Source: Candidatus Cloacimonadales bacterium (GTDB lineage Bacteria; Cloacimonadota; Cloacimonadia; Cloacimonadales; JAFGVF01). From it: 64,000 bases of DNA. The position numbers were made by a program, and so were the translations under genes. The notes beneath the pieces are model-generated. The model saw only the letters and a list, made by a program, of their open reading frames with translations. It did not search any database and was not told the DNA's origin. How positions within the stretch are numbered: position 1 is the first letter of the stretch; each line of letters starts with the position of its first letter. The stretch is taken from positions 928,001-992,000 of the forward strand of contig OY759729.1 of assembly GCA_963662585.1 (NCBI GenBank), given 5' to 3'. Of the stretch, positions 1 to 9,600 are shown one piece after another.

Positions 1-372
1 AAAAACAATATTACCTATATTGAAAAAGATGAATATGATTTAGATAGATTCATCCAAAATGCAGTATTTAAAGAAAACAAACGATGCATTTCTTGTTATT
101 ATGAAAGACTAAAATATACTGCCATTATAGCCAAAAAAGGTAAATTTGATGCCTTTACTTCTACCCTACTCTACTCCAAACATCAAAACCATAATCTTAT
201 GATCGAGATCGCAGAATCCCTAGCCAAAGAATATGGAGTGAAATTCTTCTATCAAGACTTCAGAGAATACTGGAAAGAAGGTATTGAGCTTTCAAAAGAA
301 GAAGGGATGTATAGACAGCAATATTGTGGTTGTATCTACTCTGAAAGAGATCGATACTATAAGAAGAATTAA
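1..372 (+). CDS. queH: Epoxyqueuosine reductase QueH (DUF208), 5'-truncated by window edge
   Basis: Frame 1 read by hand: ...[10 protein letters not shown]...[11 protein letters not shown]...[13 protein letters not shown]...KN*; RCxxCY, FTSTL and YRQxYCGC motifs are typical of QueH. Not in ORF track. Confidence 0.9.
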   Translation, partial: KNNITYIEKDEYDLDRFIQNAVFKENKRCISCYYERLKYTAIIAKKGKFDAFTSTLLYSKHQNHNLMIEIAESLAKEYGVKFFYQDFREYWKEGIELSKEEGMYRQQYCGCIYSERDRYYKKN

Positions 373-449
373 GAGTTGAGAATTAAGAATTGAGAATTTG
401 AAGAAAGATGAATATATCCACTAATTTCACGAATTAAGAAAAAATCACT

Positions 450-573
450 AAGGGATTAAATAGATTAGCCCAGGGTCTCATTTTTTGAAGAAAAATTGAC
501 CCTGGTAAAAAACAGCTACAAAAATTACCTGTCTTGTGAAGGCCAAGCATTAGTGTAGACTCAAGGGGTTTAA
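450..573. repeat. REP-like composite palindromic repeat (AAGGGATTAATAGATTAGCC family) with ~31-bp insert
   Basis: Similar to 23692-23790 and, reverse-complemented, to 56755-56890; stem ccagggt/accctgg covaries with cctggggt/accccagg. Confidence 0.75.
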
Positions 574-691
574 GAGAAAACAATAATTGCAATAAAAACA
601 TCAAATTATTTTAGAATATTCAGAAAGTTATTGACAAGTTAACACTGTTAATTAAATCTTCCATTATAATAATTTTCTAGGAGAAATAAAG

Positions 692-1153
692 ATGAAAAAA
701 GTAATTTTAATAGTATTTTTAATGCTAGTATCAGTGATGTTAATAGCAAAACCGACCCAATTAAAGAATTTCGAAGATTTAATGGATGCTTTAAAAGCAG
801 GCAGAGAAGTTAGAGTTGTAGCAGAATATGGCAAATGCAAATTAATATCAAATAATGAAGAAAAAACAGCTCCTAATGCTATTGGTGGTATGGGTGTTGA
901 TGTTTGGGAATATTTTGCTCCAATGTCAGTTGGAAATCCTACAGCTTTTGTAGTATTTTCTCAAACTAAATTAATCAATTATGGTGGATATATCTATAAT
1001 TATGCTAAGTTTAGAGTTGGTGATGATAACAAAGTTAAAATTACTGCTCAATATGCTAATGCTACTGATTTTGATATCGAAATGAATGAAAATTTCTTTT
1101 CAGAGATCAATGATGGCAAAAATGAAGCTGCTGTGTATTTCTACGCTGAATAA
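692..1153 (+). CDS. VirK-family secreted protein
   Basis: Signal peptide; 'LKNFEDLMDALKAGREVRVVAEYGKC' start and ~150-aa size resemble VirK; AGGAG RBS. Confidence 0.7.
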   Translation: MKKVILIVFLMLVSVMLIAKPTQLKNFEDLMDALKAGREVRVVAEYGKCKLISNNEEKTAPNAIGGMGVDVWEYFAPMSVGNPTAFVVFSQTKLINYGGYIYNYAKFRVGDDNKVKITAQYANATDFDIEMNENFFSEINDGKNEAAVYFYAE

Positions 1154-1166
1154 AATTTCTTATTAT

Positions 1167-1196
1167 GAGTGGGCAAACTAGCCCACTCTTTTTTTT
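1167..1196 (+). terminator. Intrinsic terminator
   Basis: gagtgggc-aaacta-gcccactc followed by T8. Confidence 0.85.
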
Positions 1197-1250
1197 CTTC
1201 AATTATTTATTTGACAAATCTTCCACCTCAATTTTATTAGTAAATAAAAA

Positions 1251-1280
1251 CCTTTAATCTTGCCCTGCGAGGCAGAAAGG
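1251..1280 (+). promoter_or_regulatory. PyrR-binding RNA hairpin in pyr operon leader
   Basis: CCUUUAA-UCUUGCC-CUGCGA-GGCAG-AAAGG matches the CUUUAA...CCNGNGAGG...AAAG PyrR site pattern; lies upstream of pyrB and downstream of a TTGACA at 1211. Confidence 0.8.
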
Positions 1281-1388
1281 AGAACAAAATGAATAAAGTT
1301 AAAAAATTTAGATTTAACCTACCTCTTGGCCAAAAACAACTACAAGACCACTGTTCCCCTTTTTTACTATTAAACTACAGGAGTACCT

Positions 1389-2327
1389 ATGCAAAACGAG
1401 TTTAATTTTGTGAACCGTAACATGTTCGACTTAGATGATTATAGTGCTGAAGAAATTCTCCAGATCTTAGAAAGTGCTAAAGCAATGAAGGAGATTAATT
1501 CTCGCTCATACAAAAAAATTCCAACTCTTCGCGGAAAAACTGTCTGTACACTTTTCTTTGAAAATTCAACCAGAACACTGATATCTTTTGAATTAGCTGC
1601 TCACAGACTAAGTGCTGATGTAGTAAGCTTTTCAGCAAATACCTCTTCCCTATCCAAAGGTGAAAGTTTACAGGATACTGTTTTAACTTTAGATGCCATG
1701 GGAATTGATGCTTATATCATTAGACACAGCTACCCTGGTTCACCACAGATGGTACATAAATATACAGGAAAACCTGTCCTTAATGGCGGTGATGGTCGCC
1801 ATGCACATCCCACACAAGCACTACTTGATATCTATTCGATTTGGGAAAAAAGAGGAAGCCTTCAAGGAATGAAAGTAACTATTGTTGGTGATATAGCCCA
1901 TAGTAGAGTAGTTAGATCTAACCTTATTGGCATGAAGAAGTTAGGAGCAGAAGTAACAGTTTGTGCACCAAGAACTTTAATGCCAGGTAAGATGGAAGAA
2001 ATTTATGGTTGTAAAGTTGAATATGATTTAAAAACTGCTCTTACTGATGCTGATGCAGTAATGGGGTTAAGAATGCAGTTAGAGAGACAAAAAGATGGTC
2101 TCTTCCCTAGTTTAGAAGAATACACTAAATATTACTCACTTTCAAAAAATACACTTAAATGGGCTAAACCAGATGCTTTAGTTATGCATCCAGGACCAAT
2201 GAACAGAGGTATTGAGATATTACCAGAAATCGCAGATTCTAAGCAATCTGTAATTCTTGACCAAGTTACTAACGGCGTTGCTGTTAGAATGGCTTTATTG
2301 TTCTTAATCTTAGGTGGACAGGCATAG
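1389..2327 (+). CDS. pyrB: Aspartate carbamoyltransferase catalytic subunit
   Basis: FFENSTRT, HPTQALLD, MHPGPMNRG motifs. Confidence 0.97.
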   Translation: MQNEFNFVNRNMFDLDDYSAEEILQILESAKAMKEINSRSYKKIPTLRGKTVCTLFFENSTRTLISFELAAHRLSADVVSFSANTSSLSKGESLQDTVLTLDAMGIDAYIIRHSYPGSPQMVHKYTGKPVLNGGDGRHAHPTQALLDIYSIWEKRGSLQGMKVTIVGDIAHSRVVRSNLIGMKKLGAEVTVCAPRTLMPGKMEEIYGCKVEYDLKTALTDADAVMGLRMQLERQKDGLFPSLEEYTKYYSLSKNTLKWAKPDALVMHPGPMNRGIEILPEIADSKQSVILDQVTNGVAVRMALLFLILGGQA

Positions 2328-2333
2328 GAGGAT

Positions 2334-3608
2334 ATGATGAAAATACTAATCACTAATGGAAAAGCTTTTATAAATGACCAGTTTGTACAAAAAGATATAT
2401 TAATAGAAGATAAAAAAATTCTTAAAGTAGCTGATGTAATTGAAGATGCAGCTGATAGAATAATAGATGCTGAAGGGAAAGTAGTTCTCCCTGGATTCAT
2501 AGATTTACATGCTCATTTAAGAGACCCAGGACAAATTCATAAAGAAGATATTGTTACTGGTACTGCAGCTGCTGCCAAAGGTGGATTCACAACAATCTGT
2601 GCTATGCCAAATACTTCTCCAGTTGTAGATAATATCGCAACAGTAGAATATATTCAAAGAAAAGCAACAGATTTAGGTAAGTGTAAAGTAAAAGTTATTG
2701 GAGCTATGACAAAAGGTTCTGAAGGCGTAGAGATTTCTGAATATGCTATTATGAAAGAGGGTGGAATTGTAGCAGTCTCTGATGATGGTGGTTGTGTGCA
2801 AAATGCTAAATTAACCCAAAACTGTATGAAATACGCCTATAACTTTGATTTACCAGTAATAGTCCATGCTGAAGATTATAAATTAGCAGGAAGCGGATTA
2901 GTTAATGCTGGAAAAATATCAAGTCAGCTCGGACTAGGTGGAATCCCTGGTTTAGCAGAAGAAATCATTATTTCTCGCGATATTATGTTAGCAGAGAGCA
3001 TTGGGGTAAGACTTCATATTGCTCATATTTCAACTGCTAAAGGTATTGAATTAGTTAGAAAAGCCAAATCAGATGGTATAGCTATTACCACTGAAGTTAC
3101 TCCTCATCACCTTACAATGAATGAAGATGCTGTCTATGGTTTTGATACTAATACTAAAGTTAAACCACCTCTTCGTCATGAGAAAGACAGACAAGCTTGC
3201 ATTGCAGCACTTATAGATGGTACAATTGATTATATTGCCACTGACCATGCTCCTCACTCTGATTATGAAAAAGAAAGAGAATATAACATTGCTCCTTTTG
3301 GAATCAACGGTTTTGAAACAGCTTTTGCTTCTTTGAATACTATCTTGATTAAGAATAATAAAATAGATTTAAATACTATTGTTAAAGCTATGAGTGAAAA
3401 ACCAGCCCAATTCTTAGGTTTAAATACTGGAAAAATAACAGAAGGTTATCTTGCAGATTTAAATATTATTGATTTAGATGCTGATATTGAATTTACCCGC
3501 GAAACAATGCTATCCAAATCAATTAATACTCCTTATATTAATCAAACCCTAAAAGGAAAAGTTGAATATACTATCTGCGAAGGTAGAATTACTTGGGAAG
3601 CAGAGTAA
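2334..3608 (+). CDS. pyrC: Dihydroorotase (type I)
   Basis: DLHAHLRDPG, MPNT, ATDHAPH motifs; operon context. Confidence 0.95.
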   Translation: MMKILITNGKAFINDQFVQKDILIEDKKILKVADVIEDAADRIIDAEGKVVLPGFIDLHAHLRDPGQIHKEDIVTGTAAAAKGGFTTICAMPNTSPVVDNIATVEYIQRKATDLGKCKVKVIGAMTKGSEGVEISEYAIMKEGGIVAVSDDGGCVQNAKLTQNCMKYAYNFDLPVIVHAEDYKLAGSGLVNAGKISSQLGLGGIPGLAEEIIISRDIMLAESIGVRLHIAHISTAKGIELVRKAKSDGIAITTEVTPHHLTMNEDAVYGFDTNTKVKPPLRHEKDRQACIAALIDGTIDYIATDHAPHSDYEKEREYNIAPFGINGFETAFASLNTILIKNNKIDLNTIVKAMSEKPAQFLGLNTGKITEGYLADLNIIDLDADIEFTRETMLSKSINTPYINQTLKGKVEYTICEGRITWEAE

Positions 3609-3651
3609 GAAAAGTTAAAAATTAAGAATTTAAGAAAGACCTTTCACACGA

Positions 3652-3683
3652 ATGTAGGGGCGAAAGATTTTTCGCCCCTACAT
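3652..3683. repeat. REP-like palindrome, GTAGGGGCGAAA family
   Basis: atgtaggggcgaaa...tttcgcccctacat; related copies at 59225-59255 and 61138-61163. Confidence 0.8.
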
Positions 3684-3777
3684 AAGACATAATAAAGAAC
3701 TCTTGAAAGCGCACCGTTGGAAATACCGGCACCCCTTGGCTGAAGGGGAATTGTAAGAGAATTAACAAGGATTAAAG

Positions 3778-4521
3778 ATGAAATGTAGATTATTAGAAAA
3801 TAAAAAGATAAACAATGATTACTATTTACTAAAATTTAGCAGAGAGGGAATAAATTCAGAATTCCAACCAGGGCAGTTTGTTACTGTAAAGCTCCCCGAA
3901 ATTCTTCCAGGACAAAGGCTTGGAATACCAATTAGTCTTTATCAAGCAGATGAAACTTCTTTCACTCTCTTTATTAAGATATTGGGAGAAGGAACAAGAA
4001 TACTTTCTCATGTAGAAAAAGAGATGGAACTTGACATCTTAGGTCCTTTAGGCACAGGATTTACCCTGGTAAAAAATAAAACAGTTCTTTTAATTTCTGG
4101 CGGTGTAGGTTATCCCCCTCTTTGGTATTTAAAAGAAAAACTTGAAGATTGTCAGATAACTTGGATACATGGTGGTAAGAGTAAATCTGATATATTCCCT
4201 TGCGATCATGCTTACACAGAGGATGGCTCCTGTGGAGAGAAAGGCTTTGTTACTTCTGATCTAAAAGATATTCTTAAAAACCAAAAATTTGATATTGCTT
4301 ATAGTTGTGGACCAAATCCCATGCTAAAAGCTATTGCACAAATTTTAAAAGAATATAATGTCCCATTAGAAGTATCTTTAGAAGAGTATATGGCTTGTGG
4401 AATTGGTGTCTGTTATGGATGTGCTGTGCAAGTTATTTCTGATGATAAAGAAGCTCTCTATAAAAGAGTTTGTAAAGATGGTCCTGTATTTAATGCTAAC
4501 GAAATAGTATGGGAGACTTAA
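3778..4521 (+). CDS. pyrK: Dihydroorotate dehydrogenase electron transfer subunit
   Basis: GPLGTGF, GGVG, CGP, MACGIGVCYGC...VCKDGPVF 2Fe-2S motif. Confidence 0.95.
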   Translation: MKCRLLENKKINNDYYLLKFSREGINSEFQPGQFVTVKLPEILPGQRLGIPISLYQADETSFTLFIKILGEGTRILSHVEKEMELDILGPLGTGFTLVKNKTVLLISGGVGYPPLWYLKEKLEDCQITWIHGGKSKSDIFPCDHAYTEDGSCGEKGFVTSDLKDILKNQKFDIAYSCGPNPMLKAIAQILKEYNVPLEVSLEEYMACGIGVCYGCAVQVISDDKEALYKRVCKDGPVFNANEIVWET

Positions 4522-4522
4522 T

Positions 4523-5419
4523 ATGAATTTAACTACAAAATTAAATAAATTAGAGTTTAAAAACCCGATTACTACAGCATCAGGTACTTTTGGCTATGAA
4601 ATGGCTGATTACCTTGATTTTAATAAATTAGGTGCTATAGTAACCAAAACTATTACTAAAGATAGAAAAGCAGGAAACCCCTCTCCCCGACTCTATGAAA
4701 CTGAATGGGGTCTACTTAATTCTATCGGACTGCAAAATCCTGGAGTAGAAGCCTTCATTAAAGAGTCTATTCCTATTTATGAAAAATATCAGACACCATT
4801 AATCGTAAGTTTCTCAGCTTCTACTAGTGAAGAGTTTATGGAAGTTCTCACTCGCTTAGAAACTGTTAATTCTATTGCTGGCTACGAAGTAAATGTTTCG
4901 TGTCCTAATGTAGAAAATGAAGGAATCGCTTTCGGAGTAGATGCTAAAGTTGTAAATGAACTTACCTCAAAGTTAAGAAAACTTACAGATAAAGAGTTAA
5001 TTATCAAGCTTACTCCAAATGTTACTAATATTGTTGAGATAGCCAAGGCAGCCAAAGAAGGTGGTGCAGATTCTTTAGCTCTTATCAATACTCTGTTGGG
5101 AATGGCAATTGACCCGATGACTGGTAAGTCTAGAATTAACAAGAGAATATGTGGTTATAGTGGCTCAGCAATTAAGCCAGTTGCTCTTGCTAATGTTTAC
5201 AGAGTTGCTCAAGCTGTTGATATTCCTATTTTGGCTATGGGCGGAGCTGAAAACTATCTTGATGTCTTAGAATTCCTTTATGCTGGTGCTTCTCTTGTAG
5301 CAATAGGTACTGCTAACTTCTATAATCCTAACATCACTGAAGAGATAATTGCTGATTTGCAAAATCACTTTGATAAATATAATTTATCAGTTGATAAGAT
5401 TAGAGGAAAAGTCCTTTAA
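4523..5419 (+). CDS. pyrD: Dihydroorotate dehydrogenase B catalytic subunit
   Basis: ASGTFG, NSIGLQNPG, NVSCPNV, KLTPNVT motifs. Confidence 0.96.
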   Translation: MNLTTKLNKLEFKNPITTASGTFGYEMADYLDFNKLGAIVTKTITKDRKAGNPSPRLYETEWGLLNSIGLQNPGVEAFIKESIPIYEKYQTPLIVSFSASTSEEFMEVLTRLETVNSIAGYEVNVSCPNVENEGIAFGVDAKVVNELTSKLRKLTDKELIIKLTPNVTNIVEIAKAAKEGGADSLALINTLLGMAIDPMTGKSRINKRICGYSGSAIKPVALANVYRVAQAVDIPILAMGGAENYLDVLEFLYAGASLVAIGTANFYNPNITEEIIADLQNHFDKYNLSVDKIRGKVL

Positions 5420-5581
5420 TTTAGAATAAAAGAGAAGAAAATAAATCTAATCACCCTAAATTAGTCTTGTTATAAAAAACAATTAAACGATTTTATGATT
5501 AGAAAAACCTGCTAACATAACTATGGAATACAAATTGCATAAAATATAGGTAAATAAAATATTATATTTTGGAGGCTCGAC

Positions 5582-6625
5582 TTGAGACGAATTTTTTTTA
5601 TATGTATATTGACAGCATTAGTAATAATGGGTTGTGCGAAAGCAAGTGACCCTACTGAAGCATCTGAAAGTGTTTTAAGTGAAGTGATAAGAATACCCTT
5701 AAATGGTGATGCCATTGGTATTGACTATTCTGATAGTTATATAGCAGTAGCAGAATACGATGCTCAAATGTCAATTATTGACAGAAATACATTTGAGCGT
5801 ACTTGGTATACTGAAATTGTTGGACTTGAAGGTTCTGTTTATGAATTAGGAAGAAATAGAAGAATTAACTTAGTTGAAGAATTAGATTTCTTGTTGGTTA
5901 CTGAAGAGAAAGAAGCTGATAGTTACAAAATTCTTGATATTACTAGAATTGACACTTTACAAATTCTTGGTTCTGTTACAGGTGGAACATTTAGTATTAG
6001 ACAAATTGAATTATTCCCTTATGATGATCCAGATGCTAATGAATATCAAAACTATACTGCTAGAGGTTTCTTTGTAAATGGGAATAAAGTCACTGAAGTC
6101 GCTTGGGATGATTTTAGTAAAACTATGTCTGCTTTAGGTGATGATTTTGTTTGGAACTACCCTGTTAGTATCTATGGAGCTGAGCAAACAGAGAACTATA
6201 TGTTTGCAGCTGCGAGTCAAAGAGGTGTGTTCATTTCTGATAGATTCAACTATAATATTTTAACTGAATTTGACACTCCTGGTGAAGCTCTAAGAATTGA
6301 AGTTAGAGGAAATTACGCTTATGTTGCCTGCAGACAAGCTGGTTTGTATGTTTATGATATTTCAGATATCTATAATCCTGTTGAAGTATATAATTATGAT
6401 ACAACTGGTTATGCTCAGAATCTAGATGTTAATGATGGTTACGCTGTTGTCGCTTCAGGTGGTGGTAATTTGTATGTTTTTGATATTACTGATCCAACTA
6501 ATATTAGATTTGTGGAAAGAGAGACCTCAACAGGTTATACAAATAATGTAAGAATTGATAATAACAATAGAGTCTATGTAGCAACTCGTGACGAAGGAAT
6601 TGTTATTTTTGACATAAACAGATAG
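5582..6625 (+). CDS. LVIVD-repeat beta-propeller lipoprotein
   Basis: TTG start with GGAGG RBS, lipobox IMGC, repeats 'GNYAYVA...GLYVYDISD..NP'. Confidence 0.8.
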   Translation: MRRIFFICILTALVIMGCAKASDPTEASESVLSEVIRIPLNGDAIGIDYSDSYIAVAEYDAQMSIIDRNTFERTWYTEIVGLEGSVYELGRNRRINLVEELDFLLVTEEKEADSYKILDITRIDTLQILGSVTGGTFSIRQIELFPYDDPDANEYQNYTARGFFVNGNKVTEVAWDDFSKTMSALGDDFVWNYPVSIYGAEQTENYMFAAASQRGVFISDRFNYNILTEFDTPGEALRIEVRGNYAYVACRQAGLYVYDISDIYNPVEVYNYDTTGYAQNLDVNDGYAVVASGGGNLYVFDITDPTNIRFVERETSTGYTNNVRIDNNNRVYVATRDEGIVIFDINR

Positions 6626-6666
6626 TAGATAGTCTTAATAAAAAACATTTTTAAGGATATGATTTA

Positions 6667-9600
6667 ATGAAAAAATTTGTTTTAGGCTTAATGGTACTTA
6701 TGGTATCATTAAGTCTTTTTTCAGTGCCTGAATTTGCAAGTGCACTCAATGATGGCTTTAGGGTAGTTAGAGAAAATGAAAAAGAAGTAGTAGTAGAATT
6801 TACTCTACCTGAATACAAGGTAGAAGAATTAACAATCGAAAAGAACACTTATAATGTGATTTCTACCAACACACAAGCATATACAACTGAAATTGGTATG
6901 CCATATTTACCGATTTTTGGTACAGGTATTGCAGTTCCTCACAGGGGAAAAGTAAGCTGTGAAGTTCTTGATTCTGAATATTCAGATATAGCAATGAACA
7001 ATATTTTCCCTTCCCAAAAAGAGGGTTTTGTTTATGAGAATATAACTTTAGAAGAAGTAAGTTATGAGAATTTTTTCCCAGAAAGAGAACTTCTAGCAGG
7101 GGAAAATTTTATCCTTAGAGATTTTAGAGTAAAACCTTTATCAATAAGACCATTTCAATATAATAAAAAAGATAAAACTCTAAGAGTATATAGCAAGATA
7201 ACTTTAAGAGTTTCTACTGATTTCACTCAAGCAGGAGAAAACGAACTTCGTTCTTCTTCTGAAATATCTCAAGCCTTTAATAGTCTATATCAAGCAACAA
7301 TCTTAAATTATCATTCAGAGAATGAATTAACTCCTAATCCAAACATTTTATTTATTTATAGAGAGAATAGTGACCCTATTTTCCATTTAAAATTTGAACA
7401 ATATACCAAGTATAAAAGACAAAAGGGTTTCAATGTTCGAGAAGTTTCTACTGGAGATATAGGTTCAACTACTAGCTCTGGAATTAAAAGTTATATCCAA
7501 AACTTGTATGATGGTGATGAATTCAGACCTGATTTTGTAGTCCTAGTAGGTGATGTTAGTGGAACCTTTGGTATTCCAACCTACAATGAATATTATGCAG
7601 ACAATGCAGAAGGTGATTATCCTTATACTCATCTTGCAGGTAATGATATAGTTGGTGATGTCTTTATAGGTAGAATGTCTATAAATAGTGCTACTGACTT
7701 AAGTAGATTTTATGGAAAAATGAGATCTTACGAAAGAATTTCAAATCCTATTGAAGAGCCTTATCTAGATAATATGCTCTTAGTTGGTGATACAGATCCA
7801 TCAGGAGAATCTACAGTTAATCATTGCAAATTTGTTAAACAAGTTAGTAGCAGAATTAATCCTAACTATAACTATACAGAAATTTATGGATCTAACCCTA
7901 ATGCCTCTGATATGAATACAGCTATTAATAATGGTGTAGATCTTTTTGTTTATCGTGGCTATATAGGCATGAGCGGATGGAGTCCAAGCTCTCTTCAAAA
8001 TAATATTCATAAGCTTAACCATGGAGTAATAATTACTTGTGCTACTGGCAACTTTGCTTCAACTGGAACAACTGAATCTTATGTTAACCTAGGTAGTGAA
8101 GTTTCTCCTCAGGGCGGTATAACTGCAATAGGTATGGCAACTGCAAGCACTCATACCTCTTTTAATAATAGCCTTTCTGGAGGCATCTTTCATGGTATCT
8201 ACAATATAGGCCAAAGAACCATGGGAGAAGCTCTTTTAACTGGAAAAGTTACAACTTATATTGTTTACAGTGCTTCTGATTTACCAGATGTTAAAAAATT
8301 CACTCATTGGTGTAATTTAATTGGTGATCCTACTGTTGATGTCTATACAGGTGAGCCTGATAGCTTTACTATTGAAACATCTGATTATTTTGCAGATAGT
8401 GATAATCTTACCATTATTGTCAAAAATCAGGACAATAATCCTGTTAATTTCGCGAGCGTTACTTTAACTAATCAGAGTGGTGAGATAAGCAAAACTGTCA
8501 CTAATAGTGAGGGTATAGCCAATCTAAGTTTAACAAATGGTGATGTTGAATATGATATCACCGTAAATAAACCAAATTATTTTCCTCATCAAGAGACCTT
8601 ACCTATCTCTGGTGATGAAGATTTCCGAGTAACTTCTCTTATCGTTGATGACGACAATGAGGGTGAATCTATAGGAAATAATAATCAAAATATTGAAGCA
8701 GGTGAAACAATAGAGTTAAACTTCATGATTAATAGTTTAATTGATTATGAGATAAATGATATGCAAGCAACACTTTCAGTTAATAATTTCCAAGTAGATA
8801 TTCTTGAAGGAAATAGCGAAATATCTTTACTCACTGCAAGTGGATCTTCACTTTTTGACAATAACTTTGTGCTTCATATTAATAATAATATTCTCAATGA
8901 TACTGATATAGCATTTATTCTAGACCTCTCTTATGGGGATAATGAATCAAAACGCTTAATTCAAACAGCTAAAGTTCATAATGGTCAGTTATTACTTACA
9001 AATACTAATATTGTTATGCTCGGAAATAGCTTAGAAGCTAATCAAACAGCAACTATCTCAGCTACTGTAGAAAACACTTCTGAACTAACTATCGAAAACG
9101 CTTATGCTCAATTAGTTATTAATAACGGACATTTCAATATTCTCACAGAAGATATTCTTATTTCAGATTTGGCTAGTAATCAAAGTCAAACTCTTGATTT
9201 TCAAATTAACTCGGACATAGATATGTTCCCAGGTATGACAGCTGACTGCATTCTTAAATTCGATAATGAAGTTAACTTCTATCAAGAATTGAAATTTAAT
9301 GCTAAATTTGGTAATTCAGATAATAGTTCCCCCTTAGGACCAGATATGTTTGGTTATGTTATCTATGATTCCAATGACCTTGATTATCCAGACTGTCCAG
9401 TTTATGACTGGATAGAAATTGCACCTAATAATGGTGGTTCAGGAATTCTTCTAGATATAGATGATCAAGAAGCTACAGGTGAAGGTGATGGAGTGGGTTC
9501 AAACTCTACTGAGACAATAAATCTACCTTTCCAATTCATATTTTATGGAGAAAGCTATAATCAAGTTACAGTATGTTCTAATGGCTTTATCTCCTTTGGA

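Noticed and set aside
2132..2500. Short antisense/alternate-frame ORFs (this one and similar 60-120 aa ORFs inside long genes)
   Set aside because: Shadow ORFs overlapping well-supported genes, with no recognisable motifs.
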